IMG/VR virus record: IMGVR_UViG_3300045988_064633
Coordinates: 16,129 to 80,128 of that record
Strand: one strand, 5' to 3'
Length of the DNA: 64,000 nt
Source of the DNA: a virus
Shown piece after piece: positions 8,288-16,645 of this stretch. The position numbers and the translations under genes were made by a program. How positions within the stretch are numbered: position 1 is the first letter of the stretch; each line of letters begins with the position of its first letter. The notes beneath the pieces are model-generated. The model was not told the origin of the DNA, ran no database searches, and saw only the letters and a list, made by a program, of their open reading frames with translations.

Positions 8288-8924
8288 TGTATCGCCTCAC
8301 TTTATAACGTTAATCTATTAAATCATTATAAATAAAAAAAGCCGGTCGGCTCTGGTTCGTTGTCCAGTAGCTAACCGGTTCAGTCCTCCAGCGGTTCGTT
8401 CTCGCTTTCGGCCTGTATCTGTATCTCTATTAACAGTATTAACATACAAGTTGTTATTCTGTCAACTATTTATTTAAAACTTTTAGTCAATCTCATATAA
8501 CGCCATATACTATATCTATGTATATTATATATACTATATACAATATTATATTAATCAACTCAGCCTCTGGAATCTAGGAAGGGACAGGAAATAACTATAA
8601 TTATAGATATTCATAATTCATAATATTAATATATATATAATATTATAATAGGGCATTTTGAACACGCAAAAAGCCAGACCTTCCGGCATCTAATCCGGCA
8701 TGATCTGGCTATGTTTATTTCTGTGTTCAGTTACGATTCCGCTTTGTCAGCCCTGCCCCTTCCTGAGTTCCGTCGGCTTCGTTATATCGAACATAACAGA
8801 ATGATTTCAAAAAGTCAAGTAAAAAAATGTCGTTGACTTTTTGACGGTATTGTGCTATGAATAATTATGTCAGGACTTCGGCGGCAGTTCTGTACCTGTC
8901 CTAAAAGCCGCCACAAAAAAGCAT

Positions 8925-8964
8925 TATAAAAGCCCCTTGGAATTTTCCAAAGGGCTTATTTTTA
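8925..8964. terminator. Bidirectional hairpin terminator
   Basis: AAGCCCCTTGG-AATTTT-CCAAAGGGCTT stem with T-rich flanks on both strands, just past the stop of 8965..9150. Confidence 0.6.
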
Positions 8965-9150
8965 TCAGGCGAACGTTTCCAAAAACTCGTTTACGTCTTT
9001 AATTGTTCCGCATTCCACTTTTTCGCTGTTCGGGTTGTCGCTTCTGTAAAACGTTCCGGCTGCATCTGTCCAGAACGTAAAGCTGCTGTCGCTATATACT
9101 GCGAACGCCTTTTCTGTTAATTCGCTTTTATTAAATTCATACTTTTTCAT
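8965..9150 (-). CDS. Hypothetical small protein
   Basis: 61-aa ORF followed by terminator. Confidence 0.45.
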   Translation of the reverse strand: MKKYEFNKSELTEKAFAVYSDSSFTFWTDAAGTFYRSDNPNSEKVECGTIKDVNEFLETFA

Positions 9151-9196
9151 TGCTTTCCCTCCCTTTATTGTCTGGGGCGATTGCTCGCCCCTCTGG

Positions 9197-9355
9197 TTAT
9201 TCGTTTTCCTTCGTGTTCTCTTTGAGAAGTCCGGCTGAATGTTTTCTAATTTCGTTGTTCATTTCTCGGACTTCTTCAATGGTTTCGCATTTGTCAGTTG
9301 CTGTTGTGATCAACCATGCAATAAACTGTAATTGTTTGTCTGTCATGTTGTCCAT
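9197..9355 (-). CDS. Hypothetical small protein
   Basis: ORF 9197..9445 trimmed to MDNMTDKQ Met preceded by AAAGGAGAA. Confidence 0.45.
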   Translation of the reverse strand: MDNMTDKQLQFIAWLITTATDKCETIEEVREMNNEIRKHSAGLLKENTKENE

Positions 9356-9404
9356 GTTTTCTCCTTTCTGTAGTCTATAAGGTTTTTGTTTCCTTACAGC
9401 TACA

Positions 9405-9433
9405 ATTATATCTCTAATTTTAGTGAATGTCAA
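9405..9433 (-). promoter_or_regulatory. Consensus sigma-70-type promoter (TTGACA-17-TATAAT) whose spacer is a 16-bp operator-like repeat
   Basis: Minus strand reads TTGACA ttcactaaaattagaga TATAAT; the spacer is the reverse complement of the repeat also found at 9785-9800. Confidence 0.6.
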
Positions 9434-9683
9434 TATTTTTTTCACTTATTTTAGAGATTATTTTTTCTCTATCGCTATCAGTTTCTACATATTTTATAAT
9501 GTCTCTTGGTTGCATTTCCAGAACTGCACAAAGTCTATTAAGATTATCCAAAGATATTGTTGTATCTCCTTTTTTAAATTTTTGCATTGTTGCTTGTCCG
9601 AAAAGTCCTGTATTCTTTGCTTTTGTGGTGTTTACACCGATTTTTGCAAGTTCTTCTATAACATTGATTTTATATTCTAACAT
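9420..9683 (-). CDS. XRE/Cro-CI family helix-turn-helix regulator
   Basis: GQATMQKFKKGDTTISLDNLNRLCAVLEMQPRDII is a typical HTH_XRE segment; sits between two promoters sharing a repeat. Confidence 0.7.
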   Translation of the reverse strand: MLEYKINVIEELAKIGVNTTKAKNTGLFGQATMQKFKKGDTTISLDNLNRLCAVLEMQPRDIIKYVETDSDREKIISKISEKNIDIH

Positions 9684-9777
9684 TTGTATCCCTCCTGTTC
9701 ATTTCTTCTATATATAATGTAACTTTTTCGTTTCTGATTGTCAAGAAATATTTTCTCTATTTTTTGTGATTTATATA

Positions 9778-9806
9778 TTGACATTCTCTAATTTTAGTGA
9801 TAATAT
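9778..9806 (+). promoter_or_regulatory. Promoter TTGACA-17-TAATAT for the plus-strand cargo cassette
   Basis: ttgaca at 9778-9783, 17-nt spacer containing tctctaattttagtga, taatat at 9801-9806. Confidence 0.6.
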
Positions 9807-9867
9807 ATAACCATCAACAGAGAACAAGCAACCCGGACACGGAGCCGGAGAATGGAGGAAAAAAGCA

Positions 9868-10206
9868 ATGAATAAATATACAAAGTATTTAAGTTGGGCA
9901 GTCTTCACAATGATCGACCGCAGCACACAAGACGACCGTAAAAGCAAAGTGAGCGTTTCGGGTGCATTCAATTGCCCGAGTAACGCGGAGGAATTTATCA
10001 AAACTCTTCCAGCCGGTCACAAATGGTATATTTTAGATTTTGACCGCCTGGAACGGTTCGAAAAATTTTATAATTACGTTCAGGACATAAACGAAAAATA
10101 TGGAGATTATGCAATATTCCATATTAATGACGGCGGCTTTACCGTTGATGAATTAAATTGTTTCCGTAGTATCCTTGATATCTGGACAGATACAAAAATC
10201 AAATAA
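9868..10206 (+). CDS. Hypothetical protein
   Basis: 112-aa ORF after GGAGAATGGAGG RBS region, followed by GC hairpin. Confidence 0.55.
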   Translation: MNKYTKYLSWAVFTMIDRSTQDDRKSKVSVSGAFNCPSNAEEFIKTLPAGHKWYILDFDRLERFEKFYNYVQDINEKYGDYAIFHINDGGFTVDELNCFRSILDIWTDTKIK

Positions 10207-10211
10207 ATTTT

Positions 10212-10255
10212 TCCGGCGGCGGTCAAGCCGTAGCCCCAACGCAACCGCCGGATTT
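10212..10255 (+). terminator. GC-rich hairpin, weak terminator
   Basis: TCCGGCGG ... CCGCCGGA stem then TTT. Confidence 0.4.
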
Positions 10256-10285
10256 CAAAAAAATAAGAAAAGAGGTAAATGAACT

Positions 10286-11242
10286 ATGAAAAAATACACA
10301 CTTGAAACATTAAAGAAAGAAAACGAGCTTTTCGACAGCTATTATGGGCTTGATGAATCAGACGTGGAAAAAGTAAACCGCATTATCGAAATGATTGAAA
10401 GATCACGTTCTATAGACGTTATTCAAAAATATGATGTAGTAGAGTATACAAACGAATACGGAGAATATTTCCCAAAAGCAACCGCGACAATGAAGAGAGG
10501 GGGAAATATAGAACTTTGTGAAAATGCCGGAGTGCATTTGAGTATTTGTGATAGTAAGTTATGTGGTAGTGTTTCAGGCGGTGCATTCAACCATCACAAA
10601 GAAAACGAATTTGCATATAAAGGCATGTCAAGCAATACTTTTTGGACTTGGGGAAATGCTGGGGCTTGCGCAAATGGCGGAATCTATTTTACTGCAACAG
10701 TTAATTTGTGGGAGTGTAACGATAATAAAGAAATGTTTTCCACAAAAACACATGATAAATATTATTTGTCATATAGAAAAGCAGAAAACAACGGAGATTA
10801 TCAATATTTTGCTTCTAAAGCTGGAATGAATAGCTATGCATGGAGGACTGAAGAAGATATGCAAGCATGGTTGAGAACTAAAAGAGCAGTTGTGACCGAA
10901 AAAAATACATGGGGCGGTGCTGTTATATGGACATACAAAGAAATAGAACATCATCTTTCTGATATAGAATTTGACGCATTAAACGCGCAAGAAGATATTT
11001 TCTTGATGAACGGCAGTAAAAGACGTTGTAAACGTGTCTATGATGATAAGAATTATATCTTGCATACATATTTTGTCTGGTACTGGGAAGATGATACACA
11101 AGAATTTTATGCAAGAATGAACATTCAAAACAAAATTATTGATTCTTACGAGGTGGATTATCGCAAAAATGAAGTTAATAAAATCGCGCTCGAAGAATTA
11201 AGAAGTGGAATTGTAAAGCCGCTTGAAGTTAAATTCAATTAG
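10286..11242 (+). CDS. Hypothetical protein (318 aa)
   Basis: Long ORF with AAGAGG RBS; no family recognised. Confidence 0.65.
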   Translation: MKKYTLETLKKENELFDSYYGLDESDVEKVNRIIEMIERSRSIDVIQKYDVVEYTNEYGEYFPKATATMKRGGNIELCENAGVHLSICDSKLCGSVSGGAFNHHKENEFAYKGMSSNTFWTWGNAGACANGGIYFTATVNLWECNDNKEMFSTKTHDKYYLSYRKAENNGDYQYFASKAGMNSYAWRTEEDMQAWLRTKRAVVTEKNTWGGAVIWTYKEIEHHLSDIEFDALNAQEDIFLMNGSKRRCKRVYDDKNYILHTYFVWYWEDDTQEFYARMNIQNKIIDSYEVDYRKNEVNKIALEELRSGIVKPLEVKFN

Positions 11243-11255
11243 GCTGGCAAGCGTA

Positions 11256-11285
11256 CCGGGGAGCATTTCCCCGGCGGTCTTTTAA
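11256..11285 (+). terminator. Hairpin terminator
   Basis: CCGGGGA-GCAT-TTCCCCGG then ..TCTTTT. Confidence 0.5.
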
Positions 11286-11311
11286 CAAAAATTTAAGGAG
11301 GATAAGAAAAC

Positions 11312-11515
11312 ATGATCAAGATTGATATGTGGTACAACGACAAAAAGGAACAGGCAACCGGACTTGATATTCAGTTTAATGATTTAGGCTGTTTTTATTC
11401 TGGTAATATTAGAATTTTCGGTAAAATGGTTGGTGATTATTACGCGGACAGCGTACAAGAAATTTGTGAAGCGTTCCCGCATCTGAAAGAAAAAATAAAC
11501 GCTTGTTTGAACTAA
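11312..11515 (+). CDS. Hypothetical small protein
   Basis: 67-aa ORF after AAGGAGGA RBS. Confidence 0.55.
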   Translation: MIKIDMWYNDKKEQATGLDIQFNDLGCFYSGNIRIFGKMVGDYYADSVQEICEAFPHLKEKINACLN

Positions 11516-11529
11516 ATAAAACAATTCCG

Positions 11530-11553
11530 GGCGGGGCTTTCCCGCCTGTTTTC
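11530..11553 (+). terminator. Rho-independent terminator
   Basis: GGCGGG-GCTTT-CCCGCC followed by TGTTTT. Confidence 0.6.
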
Positions 11554-11573
11554 CTAAATTGGAGGGTCTAAAA

Positions 11574-11951
11574 ATGAACAAAACATTTATATCTTTCGCT
11601 AAAAAATACAACTTAAAATATACAGAATCAAAATATATGTACGGTCTTACCGGGTATGTGTTTGATTTTGAAATAGGTGAACATGATCTTATGTATTGGT
11701 GCCGGTCTAAGTTATCCAGACACAAAAGCCTTGTTGTAGAATGCAATTATCATGCGATGTGCATAAAAGTCTATGACCGAAAAGAAAAAGAAAAAGCTTG
11801 TGCTTTTTATGAGCTGGTGAAAAAGTTGCATGATATTTTCAACTTAGAATATCACGAAACAAAGAACGGCAGCCGGGCATATGATAAAGTTGTCGGATTT
11901 GTTGAATTACATCAGGAATACAAGCCCGCTTTTGATAGTATTTATAATTAA
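11574..11951 (+). CDS. Hypothetical protein
   Basis: ORF 11559..11951 trimmed to MNKTFISF Met after GGAGGG. Confidence 0.55.
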   Translation: MNKTFISFAKKYNLKYTESKYMYGLTGYVFDFEIGEHDLMYWCRSKLSRHKSLVVECNYHAMCIKVYDRKEKEKACAFYELVKKLHDIFNLEYHETKNGSRAYDKVVGFVELHQEYKPAFDSIYN

Positions 11952-11957
11952 TTTTTT

Positions 11958-12014
11958 ACCGCTTTACGGCTTTAGGCCGTCGGCACACTCACGACGTGCG
12001 AAGCGGTTTTCTTT
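11958..12014 (+). terminator. Long hairpin plus T-run
   Basis: ACCGCTT ... AAGCGGT closing stem followed by TTTCTTT. Confidence 0.4.
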
Positions 12015-12445
12015 GCGTTGCTTTGTTGTATTTGGCTTTTAACGGCTTTTAATTGCTTCATGGTACATTTTACCGGATACGGCTATAAAATCATTTCTAG
12101 GGAATTTTACGCAATCAATTAAAAGGATTGACGGCAAAATATAACGGGCGTATTATGATAATATATGTCAATGTGGATAATTGCCGACTTGGATTCTGTA
12201 CAGTTTATGCAGCTGTTGCCGGTTTCGTTATCCTTGCAAGCACTTATTTGGCATTTTACGGCTGTTTATATGCTTACATGTGAATTTTATCGACTGTAAA
12301 TATAAAATTGATTTTATACACGTTTACGGGCTTGCTAGATATATTTATAGGTGTGTTTATGTTCCTGTTCGTGCTGTAACGCTGTATTTTTGGTTTTTAA
12401 GCCGTTTTATATCGTCACCCGATAAAGTATAGGCTTATGCCGTTC
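11960..12445. repeat. Iteron-like array of TTACGGC-type motifs in a ~0.9 kb ORF-free region
   Basis: ACGGC/ACGGG at about 11966, 12042, 12080, 12131, 12145, 12259, 12326. Inverted GCCGT at about 11977, 12402, 12439. Mostly preceded by TT(T/A). Confidence 0.4.
12128..12156 (+). promoter_or_regulatory. Orphan promoter TTGACG-17-TATTAT with no plausible downstream ORF
   Basis: ttgacg 12128-12133, 17-nt spacer, tattat 12151-12156. Confidence 0.45.
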
Positions 12446-12868
12446 GAATTGATTTTAGGCGCAATTATGCAATTAATTACAATGTTTCTAGTATGATCGT
12501 GCGCATCGGATGGCGACATGCTTTGCCGCGGGTATATTCCTTGATGTATCATCGCTTTACTATGAAGCCTCACGAGCGCTAATTTTCACAGACATTTAAA
12601 AAGGCCCGAAGCATGGATTTTGAACGAAAAAAATCATTTTTCCATGGATACGGGTCGTTTTATAATTTTTATTTATTTGTAATTTTGTACAAATATTTTT
12701 ATAGCATCTATTCTGGGACTGTAGAAAATGTAAAATTATTTCAATTTATTTAGATGATCTACTTTACCAGTGCTTCTTTTCTTCTTTATTGCGGTTCCAC
12801 TCTTCATCCTCTGTTCTCGTTCTTCCTGTTTTTTGGTCTTCGATTTCTTTCTCAATGAGTTTCCAGTA

Positions 12869-13546
12869 CTATACCCCATATTTTCCCTCCTTATCCTTGA
12901 TCTTCTGACTTCTGGTCTTGAAATTGATGATGTCCACGTCCGTATTGAGTTCAGGTGGTATTTTCCCTACAACGATAACTCGCAGTGGCTCTATGCGCCT
13001 TTCCATTTCTTTAAAGCCTATACAGAATTCTTCTCTGGATGCTCTGGATTTAATTCTTCCATTGGTGCAACATGCTACGGTGCTTCTTTTTGGCACACCA
13101 TCAAAAGCCCAGTCATAGCAATACTCTGGCGGTATGCTTACGTTCGGAATAACTTTAATTCCGTTCATGCTGAGATAATGAGACAATGCATGATTACGGT
13201 ACTTCTGATAGATATTCATTGCAAATGGCATTCCATTCTCTCCCACTGCCATAGAAAAGTCAGGGCCTATCACGCTATGGAAACATTTTAAATGTTCCAG
13301 GTATCTGTCTGGATTATTCCAAATTTTTTCAAATTCGTAGTCGTGGATGTAGAAATTCACTGTCAGCTTGCGGTGATTCTTAATCTTCGGGCTGAAGCTA
13401 TCCTTGAAATCCACAGTATCTTCGCCCGGATGCCCTGTGTATCTATCTAACATCGGTATCTGATATTTTCCGTCCAGTTCTGCTCCTATAATCATGTATT
13501 CTCTCATTACATCATATGCGGTATGACTAATTCCTTGTGAGATCAT
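12869..13546 (-). CDS. DUF4417-like protein
   Basis: Start after AGGAGGG; FYIHDYEFEKIWNNPDRYLEHL ... VIGPDFS matches my recollection of DUF4417. Confidence 0.6.
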   Translation of the reverse strand: MISQGISHTAYDVMREYMIIGAELDGKYQIPMLDRYTGHPGEDTVDFKDSFSPKIKNHRKLTVNFYIHDYEFEKIWNNPDRYLEHLKCFHSVIGPDFSMAVGENGMPFAMNIYQKYRNHALSHYLSMNGIKVIPNVSIPPEYCYDWAFDGVPKRSTVACCTNGRIKSRASREEFCIGFKEMERRIEPLRVIVVGKIPPELNTDVDIINFKTRSQKIKDKEGKYGV

Positions 13547-13631
13547 CGTTACCCTCCTGTTATTTATTAACATGATACGTGCGGCATTATTAGCACTTAC
13601 ATAATGCGACTCCTATGGCATATAGTTTATG

Positions 13632-14996
13632 CTAAAATTTTTTTAACTGTATTTCAATATTTCCATTGACTATAATTATTTTTGATATTATAGTTTTTAA
13701 TATACGGTTTTTGTTTTGCTTGTCAATGTGTTCCCACACATCGGCAAGCTTTTTTATATTATCGTATACAAATTCTTTCTTCTGTGAGTTATCCGGGCTC
13801 TTCATCTCGTTCTGTATTTTTAGTTTTAATTCATCTATACCGGATTCCGTTTCTTTTATCATCTCCAGAACCGTATCATTTCCCTCAGCATAAAGAGTAT
13901 ACAGACGTTTTAGCTTCGTTTTCTCTTTTTGGAGTTGTTTACTCAAAATGTCTAGACAGCTTTCTCTTTCTTTTGGCTTATGCGATGATAAATTGAGGGA
14001 AATCTTTAAAATCTCATCTTCAACCTGCTTTTCAATATCTTCTGCCCACTCAAGTGAATTGCTGCAATTCGGATTGTAATTTGGTAAGTACGACATTCCA
14101 TTATCTCTTGAATAGCAATAAATTTTATGCTTCCCATGAGTCCACTTCTGATATCTCATCTTGCATCCGCACACTCCGCAATAGCACAGCCCCGTCAAGA
14201 GCTGATTCTCGTGATTAACGCAGAAGCTTTTACTTTGCTTACGAGTTTTTCTTAATTCCTGGGCTAATTCGAATACTTTAATATCGAAAATTGGTTCATG
14301 TCTTCCCTTATATAGTTTCCCTTTATACGGAATCATGCCAATATTTACAGGACTGGTAAGAACCTGTCGTGTAACAAACTCGCTTTTAAATCCTATCAAT
14401 TTCTGTATTCGAACATCAGAATAACCGGATATATACAAATTCATAGCTCGCAAAGCCATTTCTTTGCGTTCTGGTATGGGAACTAAGATTCCGTCTTCTT
14501 TGCTATATCTATAGCAATAAGGGGTGTTGCCACCTCCCATCCAATATCCCTGTTTCACTCGCTCCAGCATACCGCCACGCATTCTAAGCAGCATAGTATT
14601 TTTGTCAAGTTGCGCAAACACTGCCATCATCTGAGTGTATGCTTGCTCCATTGGGCTGTCGTAGCTTACACTATCATGAACGCATCTAAAATCCACCCCA
14701 TTAGGTATGAATACACGTTCAATTAAGTATATTCCATCGACCATGCTTCTTGATAATCGATCTAGTTTAAACGCTACAACACATTTTAATTTTTTCTTTG
14801 AGCAATCATTAATTAAGCGTTGCAATGCTGGACGATTCATATTCGAACCTGTGAAGCCGTCATCCTCGTACCAATCAGATATAATCAATTGATTTTTTCT
14901 ACAATAATTTTCAATATCTCTTTTCTGACTGTCTAATCCATTTCCCTCTTCGGCCTGTTTTTCTGTCGACACACGTAAATACGCAACACATTCCAT
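13632..14996 (-). CDS. Large serine recombinase (phage integrase type)
   Basis: AYLRVSTEKQ catalytic Ser motif, DRLSRS, recombinase domain, Cys-rich zinc ribbon and C-terminal coiled coil; start after AAAGGAGGAA. Confidence 0.9.
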   Translation of the reverse strand: MECVAYLRVSTEKQAEEGNGLDSQKRDIENYCRKNQLIISDWYEDDGFTGSNMNRPALQRLINDCSKKKLKCVVAFKLDRLSRSMVDGIYLIERVFIPNGVDFRCVHDSVSYDSPMEQAYTQMMAVFAQLDKNTMLLRMRGGMLERVKQGYWMGGGNTPYCYRYSKEDGILVPIPERKEMALRAMNLYISGYSDVRIQKLIGFKSEFVTRQVLTSPVNIGMIPYKGKLYKGRHEPIFDIKVFELAQELRKTRKQSKSFCVNHENQLLTGLCYCGVCGCKMRYQKWTHGKHKIYCYSRDNGMSYLPNYNPNCSNSLEWAEDIEKQVEDEILKISLNLSSHKPKERESCLDILSKQLQKEKTKLKRLYTLYAEGNDTVLEMIKETESGIDELKLKIQNEMKSPDNSQKKEFVYDNIKKLADVWEHIDKQNKNRILKTIISKIIIVNGNIEIQLKKF

Positions 14997-15072
14997 GACT
15001 ATTCCTCCTTTGTGTAGAAATGTGCCGCACATATCATGTTACGACACATTTTACACTACAATATTTTTGCGG

Positions 15073-15168
15073 TCAACCTAAGCATTCAATTATGATTTTA
15101 ATAATTTCTTCTGGCAGTTCAATTTGTTCGATGTCAATTTCTTTTCCATCAATCGTAACAATTGCCAT
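15073..15168 (-). CDS. Possible 31-aa peptide
   Basis: MAIVTIDGKEIDIEQIELPEEIIKIIIECLG after AGAGGTGAGC; below track cutoff. Confidence 0.25.
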   Translation of the reverse strand: MAIVTIDGKEIDIEQIELPEEIIKIIIECLG

Positions 15169-15179
15169 ATGCTCACCTC

Positions 15180-15398
15180 TCATTTCACAAAATCAAAAAT
15201 ATTCATCTGTCCTTGTATTTCTTCTATTTCATCTTTTGTAAAAAATTTGCAGGCTGTCCAATTCGGATTCCAGTCAGCATCCAGTTCGTAATTTAAGCAT
15301 TTGCATCTTTTAACGTTTTTAAACATCCTACATTCAAAGCATTGATGTTCATAGTTCGTACCGCCCGAACGCTTGTACATTTCGCTGATTCTTCTCAT
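15180..15398 (-). CDS. Cys-rich small protein
   Basis: ORF 15180..15428 trimmed to Met whose ATG overlaps the upstream TGA (ATGA). Confidence 0.4.
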   Translation of the reverse strand: MRRISEMYKRSGGTNYEHQCFECRMFKNVKRCKCLNYELDADWNPNWTACKFFTKDEIEEIQGQMNIFDFVK

Positions 15399-15574
15399 AG
15401 GCTGATGTCCTTCCATAATTCCGGGCATCTGACAAAGTCATGCTCGCATTCTGCATATATGACGCATTTGTGGCAATCATGCCTACCAATTTGCTTTGCG
15501 TATTGTCGTATTACTTTCCTACATATAAGCACCAGTTCTGGCGTGATATCTAACTTTTCGTCTTTGCCCTCCAT
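15395..15574 (-). CDS. Cys/His-rich small protein (59 aa)
   Basis: Untracked ORF MEGKDEKLDITPELVLICRKVIRQYAKQIGRHDCHKCVIYAECEHDF...; fills the gap with coupled stops and starts. Confidence 0.4.
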   Translation of the reverse strand: MEGKDEKLDITPELVLICRKVIRQYAKQIGRHDCHKCVIYAECEHDFVRCPELWKDISL

Positions 15575-15804
15575 GCTTTTCTCCTTTTCTTTGTTGCTGC
15601 ATATTCAAATTTGCCTTCTTTTACGCAATCTCTTGGGTCACATCCTCGACTATGGCCGACCATAAAAATATAATCGCACGGTTGCATTTTCCCTGATGTG
15701 CCGTTTGATTTCGGATAGAACTTGCAGTCTGTGCATTGACGATTAGTCAAATTCTGAATTTCTTGTGGCGTCAATTTTATCCACGGTTTACGCTTGTTTT
15801 CCAT
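15550..15804 (-). CDS. Cys-rich small protein
   Basis: ORF 15550..15810; Met after AAGGCGGTG. Confidence 0.45.
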   Translation of the reverse strand: MENKRKPWIKLTPQEIQNLTNRQCTDCKFYPKSNGTSGKMQPCDYIFMVGHSRGCDPRDCVKEGKFEYAATKKRRKAWRAKTKS

Positions 15805-16645
15805 TTTCACCGCCTTGAATCTTTTTGATAAGTTCCTGTTTCATTGCATCCGCTATGTGTTCCCTGACTGATTCTTCAGGAAAGGGGATTTCCAATGATC
15901 GCTCTAAAATTCTGTTTGTAATGCGGTCATCATATTTCAATCGGGAAATAGGATAATTACTGGTGAAAATTGTGGTTTTCTTGTCCACATACCGACCATT
16001 GATGATTCCGTAGAATTTTTCATTAATCCAATCTTTCCCAGATTCCGCACCAAAATCGTCAATAATCAAAATATCCGCGTAAGTCAAATCACTAATCAGC
16101 TTATTCTCTGCGTTTTTCCCTCGTTCTCCCCATGTTGACTTTATCTCATCAAGAATTTTTAGGGATGTTGTGAATTTTACCGATTTCTGATGCTTTTCTA
16201 TCATCTCATTTGCCATGCTACATACAAGCCTTGTCTTTCCAGAGCCTTTAGTATTTGAATATATGTACAGCCCAATTCCCTGTTCCTGCATCTGTTGGAT
16301 ATTTTCGATCCAATATTTAACAGCTTTTGCCGCCTGTATGAATATTTCCTTACTTTCTGGAAGTTGATACACGCTGCTTTTCATATTTGAAAATCTGCAT
16401 TCCTTGTACATATCCGGCATTTCAGCAAATTGCAGCTGGTTCTGTAAGATCATCTTCTTTCTGATTCCGCAATGGCATTCTTCACAATATGGAACGCCAT
16501 TATCATCCCTTGACCATATCCAACCAGAACCGCCACAATCAGGACAATCAGTCTGCAAATGGAGTGTCTGAGATTTCGCTTCCTCCGCATTGATCGAATG
16601 GGATAAGCGGTTTGACATGCGCTTGAGCTGTTCTACCGGTTCCAT
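15788..16645 (-). CDS. DnaC/IstB-like AAA+ helicase loader with N-terminal zinc finger
   Basis: CPDCGGSGW...CEECHC, Walker A SNTKGSGKTR, Walker B ILIIDDFG. Confidence 0.75.
   Translation of the reverse strand: MEPVEQLKRMSNRLSHSINAEEAKSQTLHLQTDCPDCGGSGWIWSRDDNGVPYCEECHCGIRKKMILQNQLQFAEMPDMYKECRFSNMKSSVYQLPESKEIFIQAAKAVKYWIENIQQMQEQGIGLYIYSNTKGSGKTRLVCSMANEMIEKHQKSVKFTTSLKILDEIKSTWGERGKNAENKLISDLTYADILIIDDFGAESGKDWINEKFYGIINGRYVDKKTTIFTSNYPISRLKYDDRITNRILERSLEIPFPEESVREHIADAMKQELIKKIQGGENGKQA

Noticed and set aside
12764-12871. A 34-codon in-frame open extension after the TAG stop of the DUF4417-like gene (YWKLIEKEIEDQKTGRTRTEDEEWNRNKEEKKHW).
   Set aside because: An open stretch of this length can occur by chance. 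No other gene in the window suggests TAG read-through, and no amber-suppressor tRNA is evident.
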